Shown: one piece after another, positions 11,567-20,953 of the stretch
Position numbering within the stretch: the stretch's first letter is position 1
How the letters are laid out: the number at the start of each line of letters is the position of its first letter
From: Prochlorococcus sp. AG-679-M23
GTDB taxonomy: Bacteria > Cyanobacteriota > Cyanobacteriia > PCC-6307 > Cyanobiaceae
Assembly (NCBI GenBank): GCA_003208875.1
Contig: QCUR01000001.1
Span: forward strand, 224,001 to 288,000
Length of the DNA: 64,000 nucleotides
Direction of reading: 5' to 3'
The notes under the pieces: model-generated
The model's input: the letters and a program-made list of their open reading frames with translations, nothing else
Databases searched by the model: none
Told to the model about the DNA's origin: nothing
Made by a program: the position numbers and the translations under genes

Positions 11567-12208
11567 TCAATCCCTGCCATTATGAGAAAAACCAGAATTC
11601 CGACCACTTTTTGGGAATTTAATTATCGCCCATTGTAATAAACCTAATGTATATATTAATAAGGCAAATAATCCTAAAAATTTTGCAACTGGTTGAGAAA
11701 AGCTAGCTCCAAATAAAAAATTAAATAAATTTTTTAAAATCAAGTAGAAATTTGTTGAAGGTTTAAGCCAGATTTTACATTCAGCAGAATTAATAAAAGA
11801 AATACAATTAATATTATTTAAACTTTGAATTAAAAAACTTAAAGATATAAAAGTTATAGACCATCGCCAAATTTTCGTAGTTGTAGTTAATGCATGAGAT
11901 ATCCTATATTCATTTAACTCGTCATTAATATCATTCCAAAACCATATTGAGATTGTCATTATTAATGTCGAAATATTTGTAATTAATAGAGCGAAATTGT
12001 ACTCACCAATTAGGAGGATAAGACTTATTAAGAATAGAATTGATATTTTCCAATAATTAGATAAAAGTTTTGTAATGGCTTTACTTTTGTTTTTTATAGA
12101 CCAACAAAATAGAGTTAAAGGAAGACCAACTATAAAGACTAATGAAAGTTGAAAAGATAGATAAATGGAAAGCTGATTTAGACTGTTCAAAACTTTTTCT
12201 TTTAACAC
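11567..12208 (-). CDS. DUF3177-like membrane protein
   Basis: Several TM segments, YWKIS, SIWFW.D.N.EL, WRW. Confidence 0.7.
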   Translation of the reverse strand: MLKEKVLNSLNQLSIYLSFQLSLVFIVGLPLTLFCWSIKNKSKAITKLLSNYWKISILFLISLILLIGEYNFALLITNISTLIMTISIWFWNDINDELNEYRISHALTTTTKIWRWSITFISLSFLIQSLNNINCISFINSAECKIWLKPSTNFYLILKNLFNFLFGASFSQPVAKFLGLFALLIYTLGLLQWAIIKFPKSGRNSGFSHNGRD

Positions 12209-12308
12209 ACATAATTATTAAACCTTACCCACCTGCTTCTTAACTTATTATTGTCATAGTTATGAATAATATGCATCATATTAATTTCTACTAAGAAATA
12301 ATTAAATA

Positions 12309-12944
12309 ATGTTTATGAGACAGCATGTCAATCCACTCAGTAAAAATTTCTTTGAAATAGATCCAATACCTCCGTTGAACCAAGTTTTTGAAAACCCAAA
12401 ATTGCCTCTCCATTTAGATATAGGTTGCGCTTCAGGTGATTTTTTATTCGAATTATCACTAAAAAATAAAAATTGGAACTATATAGGAATTGAAATTAGA
12501 GAAAAATTAGTTTTAAACGCTAATTTAAAAATGAAAAGCAGAGAAAATAAAAATTTATATTTTTCATTTGGTAATGCTAATAATATTTTTAATCAATCTA
12601 ATAATAAATCGATTATTAATTTTATAAATAGTATTTCATTTAATTTTCCTGATCCATGGTTTAAAAAGAAACATCATAAAAGACGTGTAATTCAACCTAA
12701 ATTAATAAATTTACTCTCAAATTCAATGAAAAGAGGATCTTTAATCTTTATTAAAACAGATGTAAAAGATCTTTTTGATCATATGGAACTCACAATATCC
12801 GAAAGTATAAAGTTTAAAAAAATTCCATATCAAGATATTAAATCTTATGAAAGTTTTAATCCTAATAGAGTTCAAACCAATAGAGAAAAATATGTAATAT
12901 TAAATCAACTTAAAATTTATGAAAGTATTTATAAGAAAATTTAA
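12309..12944 (+). CDS. trmB: tRNA (guanine-N7)-methyltransferase
   Basis: [34 protein letters not shown]. Confidence 0.95.
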   Translation: MFMRQHVNPLSKNFFEIDPIPPLNQVFENPKLPLHLDIGCASGDFLFELSLKNKNWNYIGIEIREKLVLNANLKMKSRENKNLYFSFGNANNIFNQSNNKSIINFINSISFNFPDPWFKKKHHKRRVIQPKLINLLSNSMKRGSLIFIKTDVKDLFDHMELTISESIKFKKIPYQDIKSYESFNPNRVQTNREKYVILNQLKIYESIYKKI

Positions 12945-12945
12945 T

Positions 12946-14304
12946 TCATAAAGTTTTAGATATTTTATAGATTTTTGTACTAATTTCGGTCGTGATTTTT
13001 GTTGATAATGAATCTACTTCTTTCTGATTTCGTGCTTCAACCAATATACGTAAAACAGGTTCCGTTCCACTAGGACGTATGTAAACTCTACAATTATCCT
13101 TTTTAATATTTGAAAAACTTTCTATAGTGTCATTTATGAATTCCTCATATGATTTATCAATATTTTTAAAGTTAAAATTTAATACTACATTAGTTAGCTT
13201 TTGAGGATATGGTGAGAAGCTACTATTAAGCCAAGATCTTAAACTGATATTTTTTTTCTTGCAGTATTTTGAGATTTGAATTGCAGTTAATATTCCATCC
13301 CCACAAAAGTTATTAATTTTTGAAAGTATGTGACCTGATTGTTCCCCTCCTAATAAGGCCTTTTTTTTCTTTATTGCTTCAAATATGAATTTATCTCCAA
13401 CTTCAGTTCTATGTAAAATTCCCCCAATTTTATTCCAAGTATTTTCAAAACCCAAATTTGCCATTTTTGTAGAGATGATTGTGTTATTTATAAGCAATTT
13501 TTCTTTTAAAAGTTCTCTTCCCCATAGAAAGAGTATGTGATCCCCATCTAGTATATTGCCTTCTGAATCAACCCCAATAACCCTATCAGCATCTCCATCG
13601 AAGCTAAATCCCATATCAGCATTGTTCTCTTTAATGGCTTTAATTATTGGATCCAAGCATGTAGAGCCACAATTTAAATTTATTTTAAAACCATCTTGCT
13701 CATTATGAATGACTTTTACATTAGCTCCTAGTTTCTTAAAAATACTTTCTGCGCAGGTAGTTGCAGATCCGTAACATGTGTCTAAAATTATTTTCATTCC
13801 ATCTAAGGTCTCATCCCCCATAGTATTAATAAGTCCTTCTGTATAGATATTAAAAAGTTTATTATTTCCCCTTATAGATGTTTTTTTATAAGTAGATAAT
13901 TTAAGCTTGTTTGCTGTCTTTAAAATAAGTTCTATTTGATTTTCAAATGTCTTTTTAATTTTTTCTCCATTATTATCAAAAATTTTAATACCATTATATT
14001 CAGGGGGATTATGGCTTGCCGATATCATAATCCCACTACTAAATTTTTCTTTTTTTATTAAGAAAGGGATAGCTGGTGTAGGACAGATTCCTAAGTATAT
14101 AAATTCTTTTCCTGCTGCATTAATTCCTCTTGATATAGCCTCTAGAAGAATATATCCACTTACTCTTGTATCTCTTCCTAATAGTATTGGATTATTGGTT
14201 TTCGTTAAAACTCCTAAGGCATATCCAACCTTATATGCTAAGGAATATGTTAATTCTTTAGCAAATATTCCCCTAATTCCATCAGTCCCAAATATAGATT
14301 GCAT
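12946..14304 (-). CDS. glmM: Phosphoglucosamine mutase
   Basis: [36 protein letters not shown]. Confidence 0.93.
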   Translation of the reverse strand: MQSIFGTDGIRGIFAKELTYSLAYKVGYALGVLTKTNNPILLGRDTRVSGYILLEAISRGINAAGKEFIYLGICPTPAIPFLIKKEKFSSGIMISASHNPPEYNGIKIFDNNGEKIKKTFENQIELILKTANKLKLSTYKKTSIRGNNKLFNIYTEGLINTMGDETLDGMKIILDTCYGSATTCAESIFKKLGANVKVIHNEQDGFKINLNCGSTCLDPIIKAIKENNADMGFSFDGDADRVIGVDSEGNILDGDHILFLWGRELLKEKLLINNTIISTKMANLGFENTWNKIGGILHRTEVGDKFIFEAIKKKKALLGGEQSGHILSKINNFCGDGILTAIQISKYCKKKNISLRSWLNSSFSPYPQKLTNVVLNFNFKNIDKSYEEFINDTIESFSNIKKDNCRVYIRPSGTEPVLRILVEARNQKEVDSLSTKITTEISTKIYKISKTL

Positions 14305-14436
14305 ATTATTATTATTTCTATAATTATAAATATTTTTTAACTGTATTTATTTTATCAGTTGATTAAAAGTAAAAAGAATAATATTCTCTTTAATTAAACT
14401 ATCTATATAAAATATAGAAAAGTTAATTTTTAGATA

Positions 14437-14982
14437 ATGCAATCTGGCAATAAAGAATCCTTTTTAAATTCCTTCCAAAAATCGATACTAATATTATTTT
14501 TTGCTCTAATTATTTGCTCTGCGCTTGTATTAAAAAATTTTATATTTCAACCCACTTTTCTTCTTAAGAAATTTGGACAATCATCTATTGATCCTGAAAT
14601 AGCTTTTACAAATAATAAGCCTACTTTTCTTGAGTTTTATGCAGATTGGTGCGAAGTTTGTAAGGAAATGGCTCCAAAAGTTGATGAAATTAAAAATAAA
14701 TATGAAAAAGATATTAATTTTGTTTTTTTAAATGTAGATAATCCAAAATGGGAAAAATACATAAGAAATTTTAATGTTAATGGAATTCCACAAATAAATA
14801 TTTTAGATAAAGATTCAAATTTAGAATTCACGTTTATTGGAAAACAGGAAGAAGAAACTATAAAAGAATCTCTCGATAATTTATACGATAAATTTAGAAG
14901 TGATTCACAAATTCTAAATTCAGAATTCTCAATAATCAAAGACAATAAAAATTATCAATCCTCTCCGAGAAGTCACGGATAA
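14437..14982 (+). CDS. Membrane-anchored thioredoxin-like thiol:disulfide protein (TxlA-like)
   Basis: N-terminal TM, EFYADWCEVC, LNVDNPKW, C-terminal PRSHG. Confidence 0.85.
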   Translation: MQSGNKESFLNSFQKSILILFFALIICSALVLKNFIFQPTFLLKKFGQSSIDPEIAFTNNKPTFLEFYADWCEVCKEMAPKVDEIKNKYEKDINFVFLNVDNPKWEKYIRNFNVNGIPQINILDKDSNLEFTFIGKQEEETIKESLDNLYDKFRSDSQILNSEFSIIKDNKNYQSSPRSHG

Positions 14983-14984
14983 AT

Positions 14985-15623
14985 TTATTTCCAATTCAAT
15001 GCTTCAGATACAGATGGAAAATATTTAATAAATACTTTCTTACAGTCTTCAGCTATTTCCATATGTTCTTTTTGTGTTCCTTCTTTTGATCTTAGCTGTA
15101 TATAGTGAATCCAAGACCTACAGGAACCAGTCATATAGATTCTTGTTGGGGTAGCTAAGGGCATAATAAATCTTGCGCATTCCTTTGCAATCCCTTCATC
15201 TAGCATTTCTTCGTATAGTTTATTTGCCTCTTGAAAGTGTTTTGAAATTTTTTCTGAAAATTTTATTTTAAGTTCATCCGTTATGTCATCAATGCTATTT
15301 TGACGATTCTTTTTATCTTGCCTTCTTAAGTTTGGGATAGGAATTTCATTTCCTAGTAAGCTAGTTTCAGCATATCTTTGTGAGAATTCTTGAAAAGTAA
15401 ATGATCTATGTCTAAGAATTTGAGCCGCAATACCTCTATTAGTTTCGATTTTCAATGTCATGCATGATTGTTCAAAAACTGACCAGTGCTCATGCTGTAT
15501 GCAATATCTTAATAATCCGGCGAATTTATCATTAGCCTGATTCGAAGGATTAGAAACTCTGGCGATATACGCCATTGTTTTTTCTGCCTCTGGAGTTAAT
15601 GAAATTAGCTCAACTTTACTCAT
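14985..15623 (-). CDS. thyX: FAD-dependent thymidylate synthase
   Basis: ARVS, HWSVFE, QILRHRSFTFQEFSQRY, KECAR. Confidence 0.96.
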   Translation of the reverse strand: MSKVELISLTPEAEKTMAYIARVSNPSNQANDKFAGLLRYCIQHEHWSVFEQSCMTLKIETNRGIAAQILRHRSFTFQEFSQRYAETSLLGNEIPIPNLRRQDKKNRQNSIDDITDELKIKFSEKISKHFQEANKLYEEMLDEGIAKECARFIMPLATPTRIYMTGSCRSWIHYIQLRSKEGTQKEHMEIAEDCKKVFIKYFPSVSEALNWK

Positions 15624-15624
15624 A

Positions 15625-16218
15625 TTAAATTTTGGCTAAAGTGACCTGTTCTGGTTGATTTTGATATTTACCTTTCCTATCTTCATATGTTGTAGAGCAA
15701 GGATCACCCTCAAAAAACAATAGTTGACAAATACCTTCATTTGCATAAATCCTACAATCTGCACCTGAACTGTTGCTGAATTCTAATGTAAGATGCCCCT
15801 CCCAACCTGCCTCGGCTGGAGTTGTATTCACTATAATTCCGAGACGAGCATAAGTACTTTTACCTATGCAAATCACAGTAATATTTTCTGGTACTTTCAT
15901 TTTCTCTAAAGCAACTCCTAGGCCGTAAGAATGAGCAGGTAAAATAAAAAATTCACCATCTTTATCTTCATGAAGAATCGTTTTTTCTAAATTATCAGGA
16001 TTAAACTTCTTTGGATTCATGACTGTTCCCGGGACATGCTTAAATATTAAAAACTCTTTAGAAGATAGTCTTAAATCATAGCCATATGAAGAACATCCAT
16101 AACTTAGAACCGCATTTTTTTTATTATTAGGATCTAAATGTCTGACTAAATTTGATTGAAAAGGATTTATCATTCCTTCAGAAGCTTTTTGGTTTATCCA
16201 GAGATCATTTTTGAGCAT
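15625..16218 (-). CDS. dcd: dCTP deaminase
   Basis: SYGYDLRL, GKSTYARLG, TPAEAGWEG, KGKYQ. Confidence 0.95.
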   Translation of the reverse strand: MLKNDLWINQKASEGMINPFQSNLVRHLDPNNKKNAVLSYGCSSYGYDLRLSSKEFLIFKHVPGTVMNPKKFNPDNLEKTILHEDKDGEFFILPAHSYGLGVALEKMKVPENITVICIGKSTYARLGIIVNTTPAEAGWEGHLTLEFSNSSGADCRIYANEGICQLLFFEGDPCSTTYEDRKGKYQNQPEQVTLAKI

Positions 16219-16223
16219 AATTT

Positions 16224-16799
16224 CTATGAGCGAAGTTCTGTAATTTGGTCAGCCATTAATAAGAAATTTTTTGGAATGGATGTACCAGTAAGGATTACAT
16301 CTCCTGATATAAATCGGTTTTCAAGTGTTGAAATCAAATCATCTTTACTAATAATATTCATCTCGACAGCTAGAAAAACTTCATCAAGAATAATTTGATC
16401 ATATTCTCCAGAAAGTAATTCTTTTTTACAAAAATCCCATAATTCTTTTATTGAATTATTAATAGATTTAGAAATATTATGATTTATGTTTTCTGACTCA
16501 TATTGATCATAAGAATTAGCAGATCTTATCCAGGTAAGATTACCGCAAAGCTTTTGAGCATTGAAAATCCCTTGTTTTACACCTCCCTTCATTAATTGAA
16601 CTAAAAGTACTTTTCTTCCTAAAGCTGCATTTCTTAGTGAATCCCTGATAATGGATGAATAACTTCCTCGGTATGAAGATTGATAAATCTGAATTTGACC
16701 ATTTTGATTTATCTTTCTTAATTTAAATTCTTTATTTTTATTTATGTTTACAACTTCATGATTGCTTTTTAGATAACTATTTGACGAACTGGCTACCAT
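16224..16799 (-). CDS. Cob(I)alamin adenosyltransferase (CobA/BtuR/CobO)-like protein with degenerate P-loop
   Basis: GQIQIY, G.KVLLVQLMKGG, YDQIILDE, VILTG, ADQITE. Confidence 0.8.
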   Translation of the reverse strand: MVASSSNSYLKSNHEVVNINKNKEFKLRKINQNGQIQIYQSSYRGSYSSIIRDSLRNAALGRKVLLVQLMKGGVKQGIFNAQKLCGNLTWIRSANSYDQYESENINHNISKSINNSIKELWDFCKKELLSGEYDQIILDEVFLAVEMNIISKDDLISTLENRFISGDVILTGTSIPKNFLLMADQITELRS

Positions 16800-16814
16800 T
16801 ATTTTGAATTAACT

Positions 16815-16861
16815 TTTCTAGATTCAGTATAGTTTGTATTTTAGAACACTGCATGTAGTGT
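16815..16861 (-). promoter_or_regulatory. Tandem NrdR-box-like operators overlapping a TATACT -10 element
   Basis: ACACTGCATGTAGTGT (16846-16861) and weaker TTTCTAGATTCAGTAT (16815-16830), 31 bp apart, upstream of the cobO-like/dcd/thyX operon. Confidence 0.7.
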
Positions 16862-16941
16862 AATTTTCCTTAAAGTAGTTTCTTAGAATAAAGAATTGTT
16901 TTTTATAATAATTTTCAAAAAAAAATATAAGAATTGAAAAA

Positions 16942-16984
16942 TGTTACTGTTGATACAAGTTATTTCTTGCTGTCTTCTTAAATT
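16942..16984 (+). promoter_or_regulatory. NtcA-activated promoter of ntcA (autoregulation)
   Basis: tGTT-ACTGTTGA-TACa at 16942-16957, with TAAATT (-10) 22 nt after TAC. Confidence 0.8.
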
Positions 16985-17004
16985 TTTTAATAGTAAAGAT
17001 ATTT

Positions 17005-17739
17005 ATGTTGCCTGCTTCTAGAGGATTTAGCCGTTTAACTCCGCAACCTTCCGGACAAAATACTGTTAATACTATTGGTGAACGTTTTCCGATTAATAGA
17101 ACATTAATGGAAGTCATAAAAGGTCTTGAAGGGGCTAGCACAGAAATGGTTGAGAGATCGAAAACAATATTTTTCCCTGGAGATCCTGCTGAAAGAGTTT
17201 ATTTAATAAGAAGAGGAGCAGTTAGGTTATCAAGAGTTTATGAATCAGGAGAAGAAATTACTGTGGCATTGTTAAGGGAAAATAGCCTTTTTGGAGTTTT
17301 ATCTCTCCTAACAGGACATAGATCTGATCGTTTTTATCATGCGATTGCTTTTACAAGAGTTGAAATGATTACAGCTCCTGCAAATTCTGTTTTGAGAGCA
17401 ATTGAAGCAGATGCATCCGTTGGTCTTTTACTCTTGCAAGGCCTTTCCAGCAGGATTCTACAAACAGAAACAATGATAGAAACTCTTACACATAGAGATA
17501 TGTCATCTCGCCTAGTAAGTTTTCTGATGGTTTTGTGTCGAGATTTTGGAGTGGCAAGTGAAAAGGGTATTACTATTGATTTGAGGCTTTCTCATCAAGC
17601 TATAGCAGAGGCAATAGGTTCTACAAGAGTTACCATTACAAGATTATTAGGAGATTTGAAAGATTCAGGATTATTAACTATTGAAAGAAAGAAGATTACA
17701 GTTTTTGATCCAATAGCACTTTCAAAAAGATTTAATTGA
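17005..17739 (+). CDS. ntcA: Global nitrogen regulator NtcA (CRP family)
   Basis: [46 protein letters not shown]. Confidence 0.98.
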   Translation: MLPASRGFSRLTPQPSGQNTVNTIGERFPINRTLMEVIKGLEGASTEMVERSKTIFFPGDPAERVYLIRRGAVRLSRVYESGEEITVALLRENSLFGVLSLLTGHRSDRFYHAIAFTRVEMITAPANSVLRAIEADASVGLLLLQGLSSRILQTETMIETLTHRDMSSRLVSFLMVLCRDFGVASEKGITIDLRLSHQAIAEAIGSTRVTITRLLGDLKDSGLLTIERKKITVFDPIALSKRFN

Positions 17740-17802
17740 TATTTAATCAATTAATTCTCTATTATGATGAGTAAGTAAATATTTAAATACAGTAAGTATA
17801 TT

Positions 17803-18774
17803 GTGTCTGGTTGGCTTTTCATAATTTTCTTATTACTCCTTGGAGGTTTAATTTCAACTTTAGGTGACTTATTAGGTTCTAAGATAGGTAAAGCTAGATT
17901 TAGCATTTTAAAGTTAAGGCCGAAAAAAACTGCAATTTTAATTACAATTTTGACAGGCAGCCTGATAAGTGCCTCATCTTTGTTCTTAATGATATTAGTA
18001 AATAGACAGTTGAGAGTAGGGTTATTTAGGTTAGGAGATTTACAGAAAAAACTTCAAGAAAGTAAACAAGTATTGATACCTTTAGAAAAAGAAAGAGAAA
18101 AACTAGAAAATAAAATAAAAGCTAAAGAGACTGAATTTAAGCAATTAGAAAGGAATATAATTGCATTAAGGAGTGGGAAATTTGTAATAAGAAGTGGGCA
18201 ATCTTTAATTATTTCAGAGATAAGTTCTTCTAATCTGAAAGACATTAAATCTAAAATAGAAAAAATTATTATCAATGCCAATAGATATACTCATAAGTTA
18301 GTTAAACCAAAAAATAAAGAAGTTATAAATTTATTGTTATTAAGAAAAAATCATATCGAAGAAATGCAAAATACTATTTTAAAAGGAGGTAATTGGGTAA
18401 TTAATATAAAATCTGTGAGGAATGTTTTAACAGGAGAAAATTTTGTGTATGCTTTTCCCGAAATAACAGAAAATAAGATAATAGTTAGAAAAGGTGAAAA
18501 AATAACAAAAATTGACTTCAAACAAGAAGATTTTAATAAAAAAGATTTTGGCGATAAGGTAAATTTTTTACTATCTTCTAGTTTGGCCGAAATTAAGAGA
18601 AGAGGTTCACTTGTAAATGAAATTAAATTGCGAGGCGACTCATTAAAAGAATTAAGAGACTTCTTAAATAAAAATAATAAAACTAATTTTGAATTAGAAG
18701 CAGTTTCTTTGATTAATAGTAAGACAGCTCAACCAGTGATTGTTGAACTAAATGTAAATTATCCAGAATCTTAG
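17803..18774 (+). CDS. DUF3084-like membrane-anchored coiled-coil protein
   Basis: GG.I..LGD.LGSKIGKAR..I..LRPK.TA...TG..IS followed by a coiled coil. Confidence 0.75.
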   Translation: MSGWLFIIFLLLLGGLISTLGDLLGSKIGKARFSILKLRPKKTAILITILTGSLISASSLFLMILVNRQLRVGLFRLGDLQKKLQESKQVLIPLEKEREKLENKIKAKETEFKQLERNIIALRSGKFVIRSGQSLIISEISSSNLKDIKSKIEKIIINANRYTHKLVKPKNKEVINLLLLRKNHIEEMQNTILKGGNWVINIKSVRNVLTGENFVYAFPEITENKIIVRKGEKITKIDFKQEDFNKKDFGDKVNFLLSSSLAEIKRRGSLVNEIKLRGDSLKELRDFLNKNNKTNFELEAVSLINSKTAQPVIVELNVNYPES

Positions 18775-19212
18775 ATGTCTAGAGTTATAACTATTGATCC
18801 AGGAATATCGAAATGTGGAGTGATAATAGCTGATATCAAAGAAAAAAAAGTTTATGAAGCAGTAGTTATTAAAAGTCATCTACTTTTGAAATATGTTAAA
18901 AAAAAATATCAGAGCGGAAAAAACTTTCAGTTGTTAATTGGCAATGGAACAAGTAGTAAAAATTACATAAAATGTTTATATCAGTTTGAGCCTGATTTGA
19001 TTATTGCTGAAGAAAAAAATTCAACTTATAGGGCTAAACAAAGATATTTTGAAATTTTTCCTTTAATAGGCATAAAATGTTTTTTGCCAAGAGAGATATT
19101 TATTTTGAATAAAAATTTAGATGCATTAGCTGCGTTAATTATTATGGAAGATTATTTCAAAATTAAATTTGATGTAAGTGAAAAACTTAAGACTAAAACT
19201 TGGCTGAAATAA
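18775..19212 (+). CDS. YqgF/RuvX-like RNase H-fold protein
   Basis: ITIDPGISKCG, IGNGT, EEKNST..A, LDALAA. Confidence 0.75.
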   Translation: MSRVITIDPGISKCGVIIADIKEKKVYEAVVIKSHLLLKYVKKKYQSGKNFQLLIGNGTSSKNYIKCLYQFEPDLIIAEEKNSTYRAKQRYFEIFPLIGIKCFLPREIFILNKNLDALAALIIMEDYFKIKFDVSEKLKTKTWLK

Positions 19213-19450
19213 TGAATTTATATTCATTTCCTGCTTCAAGTTCATAATCTTTCTTTAGAAAGAATCTTAATAATGAATCTTCAATTAATGCTCTGCCTAA
19301 AGGTGGGTTTACAAACAAAACTCCTCTTCCAAATGACCATGTGAAAGACCACTTGAAATCGCTTGCTTCAACAATTCCTTTCACTTCTTTTTTTGTGAAA
19401 CAGTATTCTTTTACACTTACATGTGCAGTTGTCTCAGGCTTTGCTTTCAT
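19193..19450 (-). CDS. DUF3146-like conserved protein
   Basis: PETTAHV, F.W.F.W.F, PPLGRALI, DYELEAG. Confidence 0.75.
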   Translation of the reverse strand: MKAKPETTAHVSVKEYCFTKKEVKGIVEASDFKWSFTWSFGRGVLFVNPPLGRALIEDSLLRFFLKKDYELEAGNEYKFIISAKF

Positions 19451-20062
19451 TTACAAATTCTCTTCTCTATGAAAGGAATTTAATTCACTAATAATATAAT
19501 CTTCATTTTTATCATTTAGTTCTATGAGTGATTCGATTAATTTTTTATAAACTCTATCCAAAGTTAAACTTTCTTTTGAAGATATATTACCTAAGACATG
19601 GGAAATAGTATTGAGGGTTTTGTTTCTTTCATTAACTGGTGGGGACCCTATACCTATTTTTATTCTATTAAAATTTTCAGTCTGCAATTTCTTAATGATA
19701 TCTTTAAGTCCATTGTGTCCTCCAGAACTTCCTTTTTTCCTAAATCTAATTTTGCCCAGAGGCAGATCAATGTCATCAACTATTATAAAAAGACGATCCA
19801 AATCTATCTTATACCAGTCCACTATCGCCCTTACAGCATTTCCACTATGATTCATAAAAGTGTTTGGCATAAATAATCTATAAGTATAATTATTTATTTT
19901 GAATTCTGAATACCAACTTTTAAGCTTATTTTTCAAAGTAAATTTAGAATCGTATTTTTCCGAAAAATATTCAAGTAGTAAAAATCCAAGGTTGTGTCGA
20001 TTTTTGATATATTCTTTACCAGGATTGCCCAAACCAATTATAAATTTCTCATTGTTATTCAT
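19451..20062 (-). CDS. pth: Peptidyl-tRNA hydrolase
   Basis: GLGNPG..Y...RHNLGF, P.TFMN.SG, GGHNG. Confidence 0.96.
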   Translation of the reverse strand: MNNNEKFIIGLGNPGKEYIKNRHNLGFLLLEYFSEKYDSKFTLKNKLKSWYSEFKINNYTYRLFMPNTFMNHSGNAVRAIVDWYKIDLDRLFIIVDDIDLPLGKIRFRKKGSSGGHNGLKDIIKKLQTENFNRIKIGIGSPPVNERNKTLNTISHVLGNISSKESLTLDRVYKKLIESLIELNDKNEDYIISELNSFHREENL

Positions 20063-20252
20063 AATTGTAATTTCATCTTTAAATTTTTATAAATTATAAA
20101 ATAAAAACTCAACAAGATTTTCTAATGTGCATGAGAACACAAATTTAAAGAAAGATTTTTATGTTATTACTAATAAAATTATAGATTTTTACCTATTTAA
20201 AAATTATTTAAACAATCAAAATGAATTACTTTATAAAAAATAATTAAAAAGT

Positions 20253-20453
20253 TTAGTTTCCATTCCAATCAACTGAGAATCCTTGAAGTAGTAAGGATTG
20301 ATTGTATATTTGCAAAAGGATAACAAGAAAAACTAATAAAAGTAAACCTATGACGGTCATAATAGGAACGGCCCCCCAACCAGGAACAACTTTTCCTTGT
20401 CCTGAATTTCCAATAGCTTTCAAAAGATTTCCTAATGCAGTTTTTTGGCCCAT
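20253..20453 (-). CDS. psbH: Photosystem II protein PsbH (66 aa)
   Basis: MGQKTALG...[10 protein letters not shown]...[13 protein letters not shown] at 20453. Confidence 0.95.
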   Translation of the reverse strand: MGQKTALGNLLKAIGNSGQGKVVPGWGAVPIMTVIGLLLLVFLVILLQIYNQSLLLQGFSVDWNGN

Positions 20454-20526
20454 AGTAATTTCTCTAAATCGAATATATTTCGTTATTGTATAAGAATGAA
20501 TACATAAATTGTTCACAAATTTACTA
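20453..20526. ncRNA. Candidate psbNH RNA motif (structured psbH-psbN intergenic region)
   Basis: Nested inverted repeats TAGTAA/TTACTA, CGAA/TTCG and TGTAT/ATACA between divergent psbH and psbN, where this motif is described. Confidence 0.45.
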
Positions 20527-20532
20527 AAATTG

Positions 20533-20685
20533 ATGCAAACTTTATCATCTGCTCCCGATCCTGCTGTATCCGTGGCAGTATCAATCCTAGCCGTATTATT
20601 AGCTTTAACAGGTTTTGGACTATGGACAGCTTTCGGTCCAAAAGCGGCAAAACTAACAGATCCTTGGGATGATCATGATGATTAA
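20533..20685 (+). CDS. psbN: PsbN (50 aa)
   Basis: Manual translation [50 protein letters not shown]. Confidence 0.95.
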   Translation: MQTLSSAPDPAVSVAVSILAVLLALTGFGLWTAFGPKAAKLTDPWDDHDD

Positions 20686-20813
20686 GATATTTTTAATCCA
20701 ATAATAAAATTTAAAAGTATTTCAAAACTTACCAAAAATACAAAAAGTAAACCTTTTCACATAATTTAAATATAAATTTAATAGGATATAAATCTGTTAG
20801 CAATTGCAATTCC

Positions 20814-20942
20814 ATGCTCGCCTTAAAAATTTCAGTTTACACAATCGTTTTTTTCTTCGTAGGAATCTTTCTATTTGGTTTTTTAGCTAGTGATCCTACA
20901 AGAACACCAAATAGAAAAGATTTAGAGAGTCCACAAGATTAA
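20814..20942 (+). CDS. psbI: Photosystem II protein PsbI (42 aa)
   Basis: Manual translation [42 protein letters not shown]. Confidence 0.96.
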
Positions 20943-20953
20943 TTACCATCATT

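Noticed and set aside
20488..20503. GTA...TAC palindrome as an NtcA site
   Set aside because: Spacer is 10 nt, not the required 8
20453..20516. 21-aa N-terminal extension of PsbH in the ORF track
   Set aside because: PsbH homology begins at ATG 20453; the extension runs through the divergent promoter region
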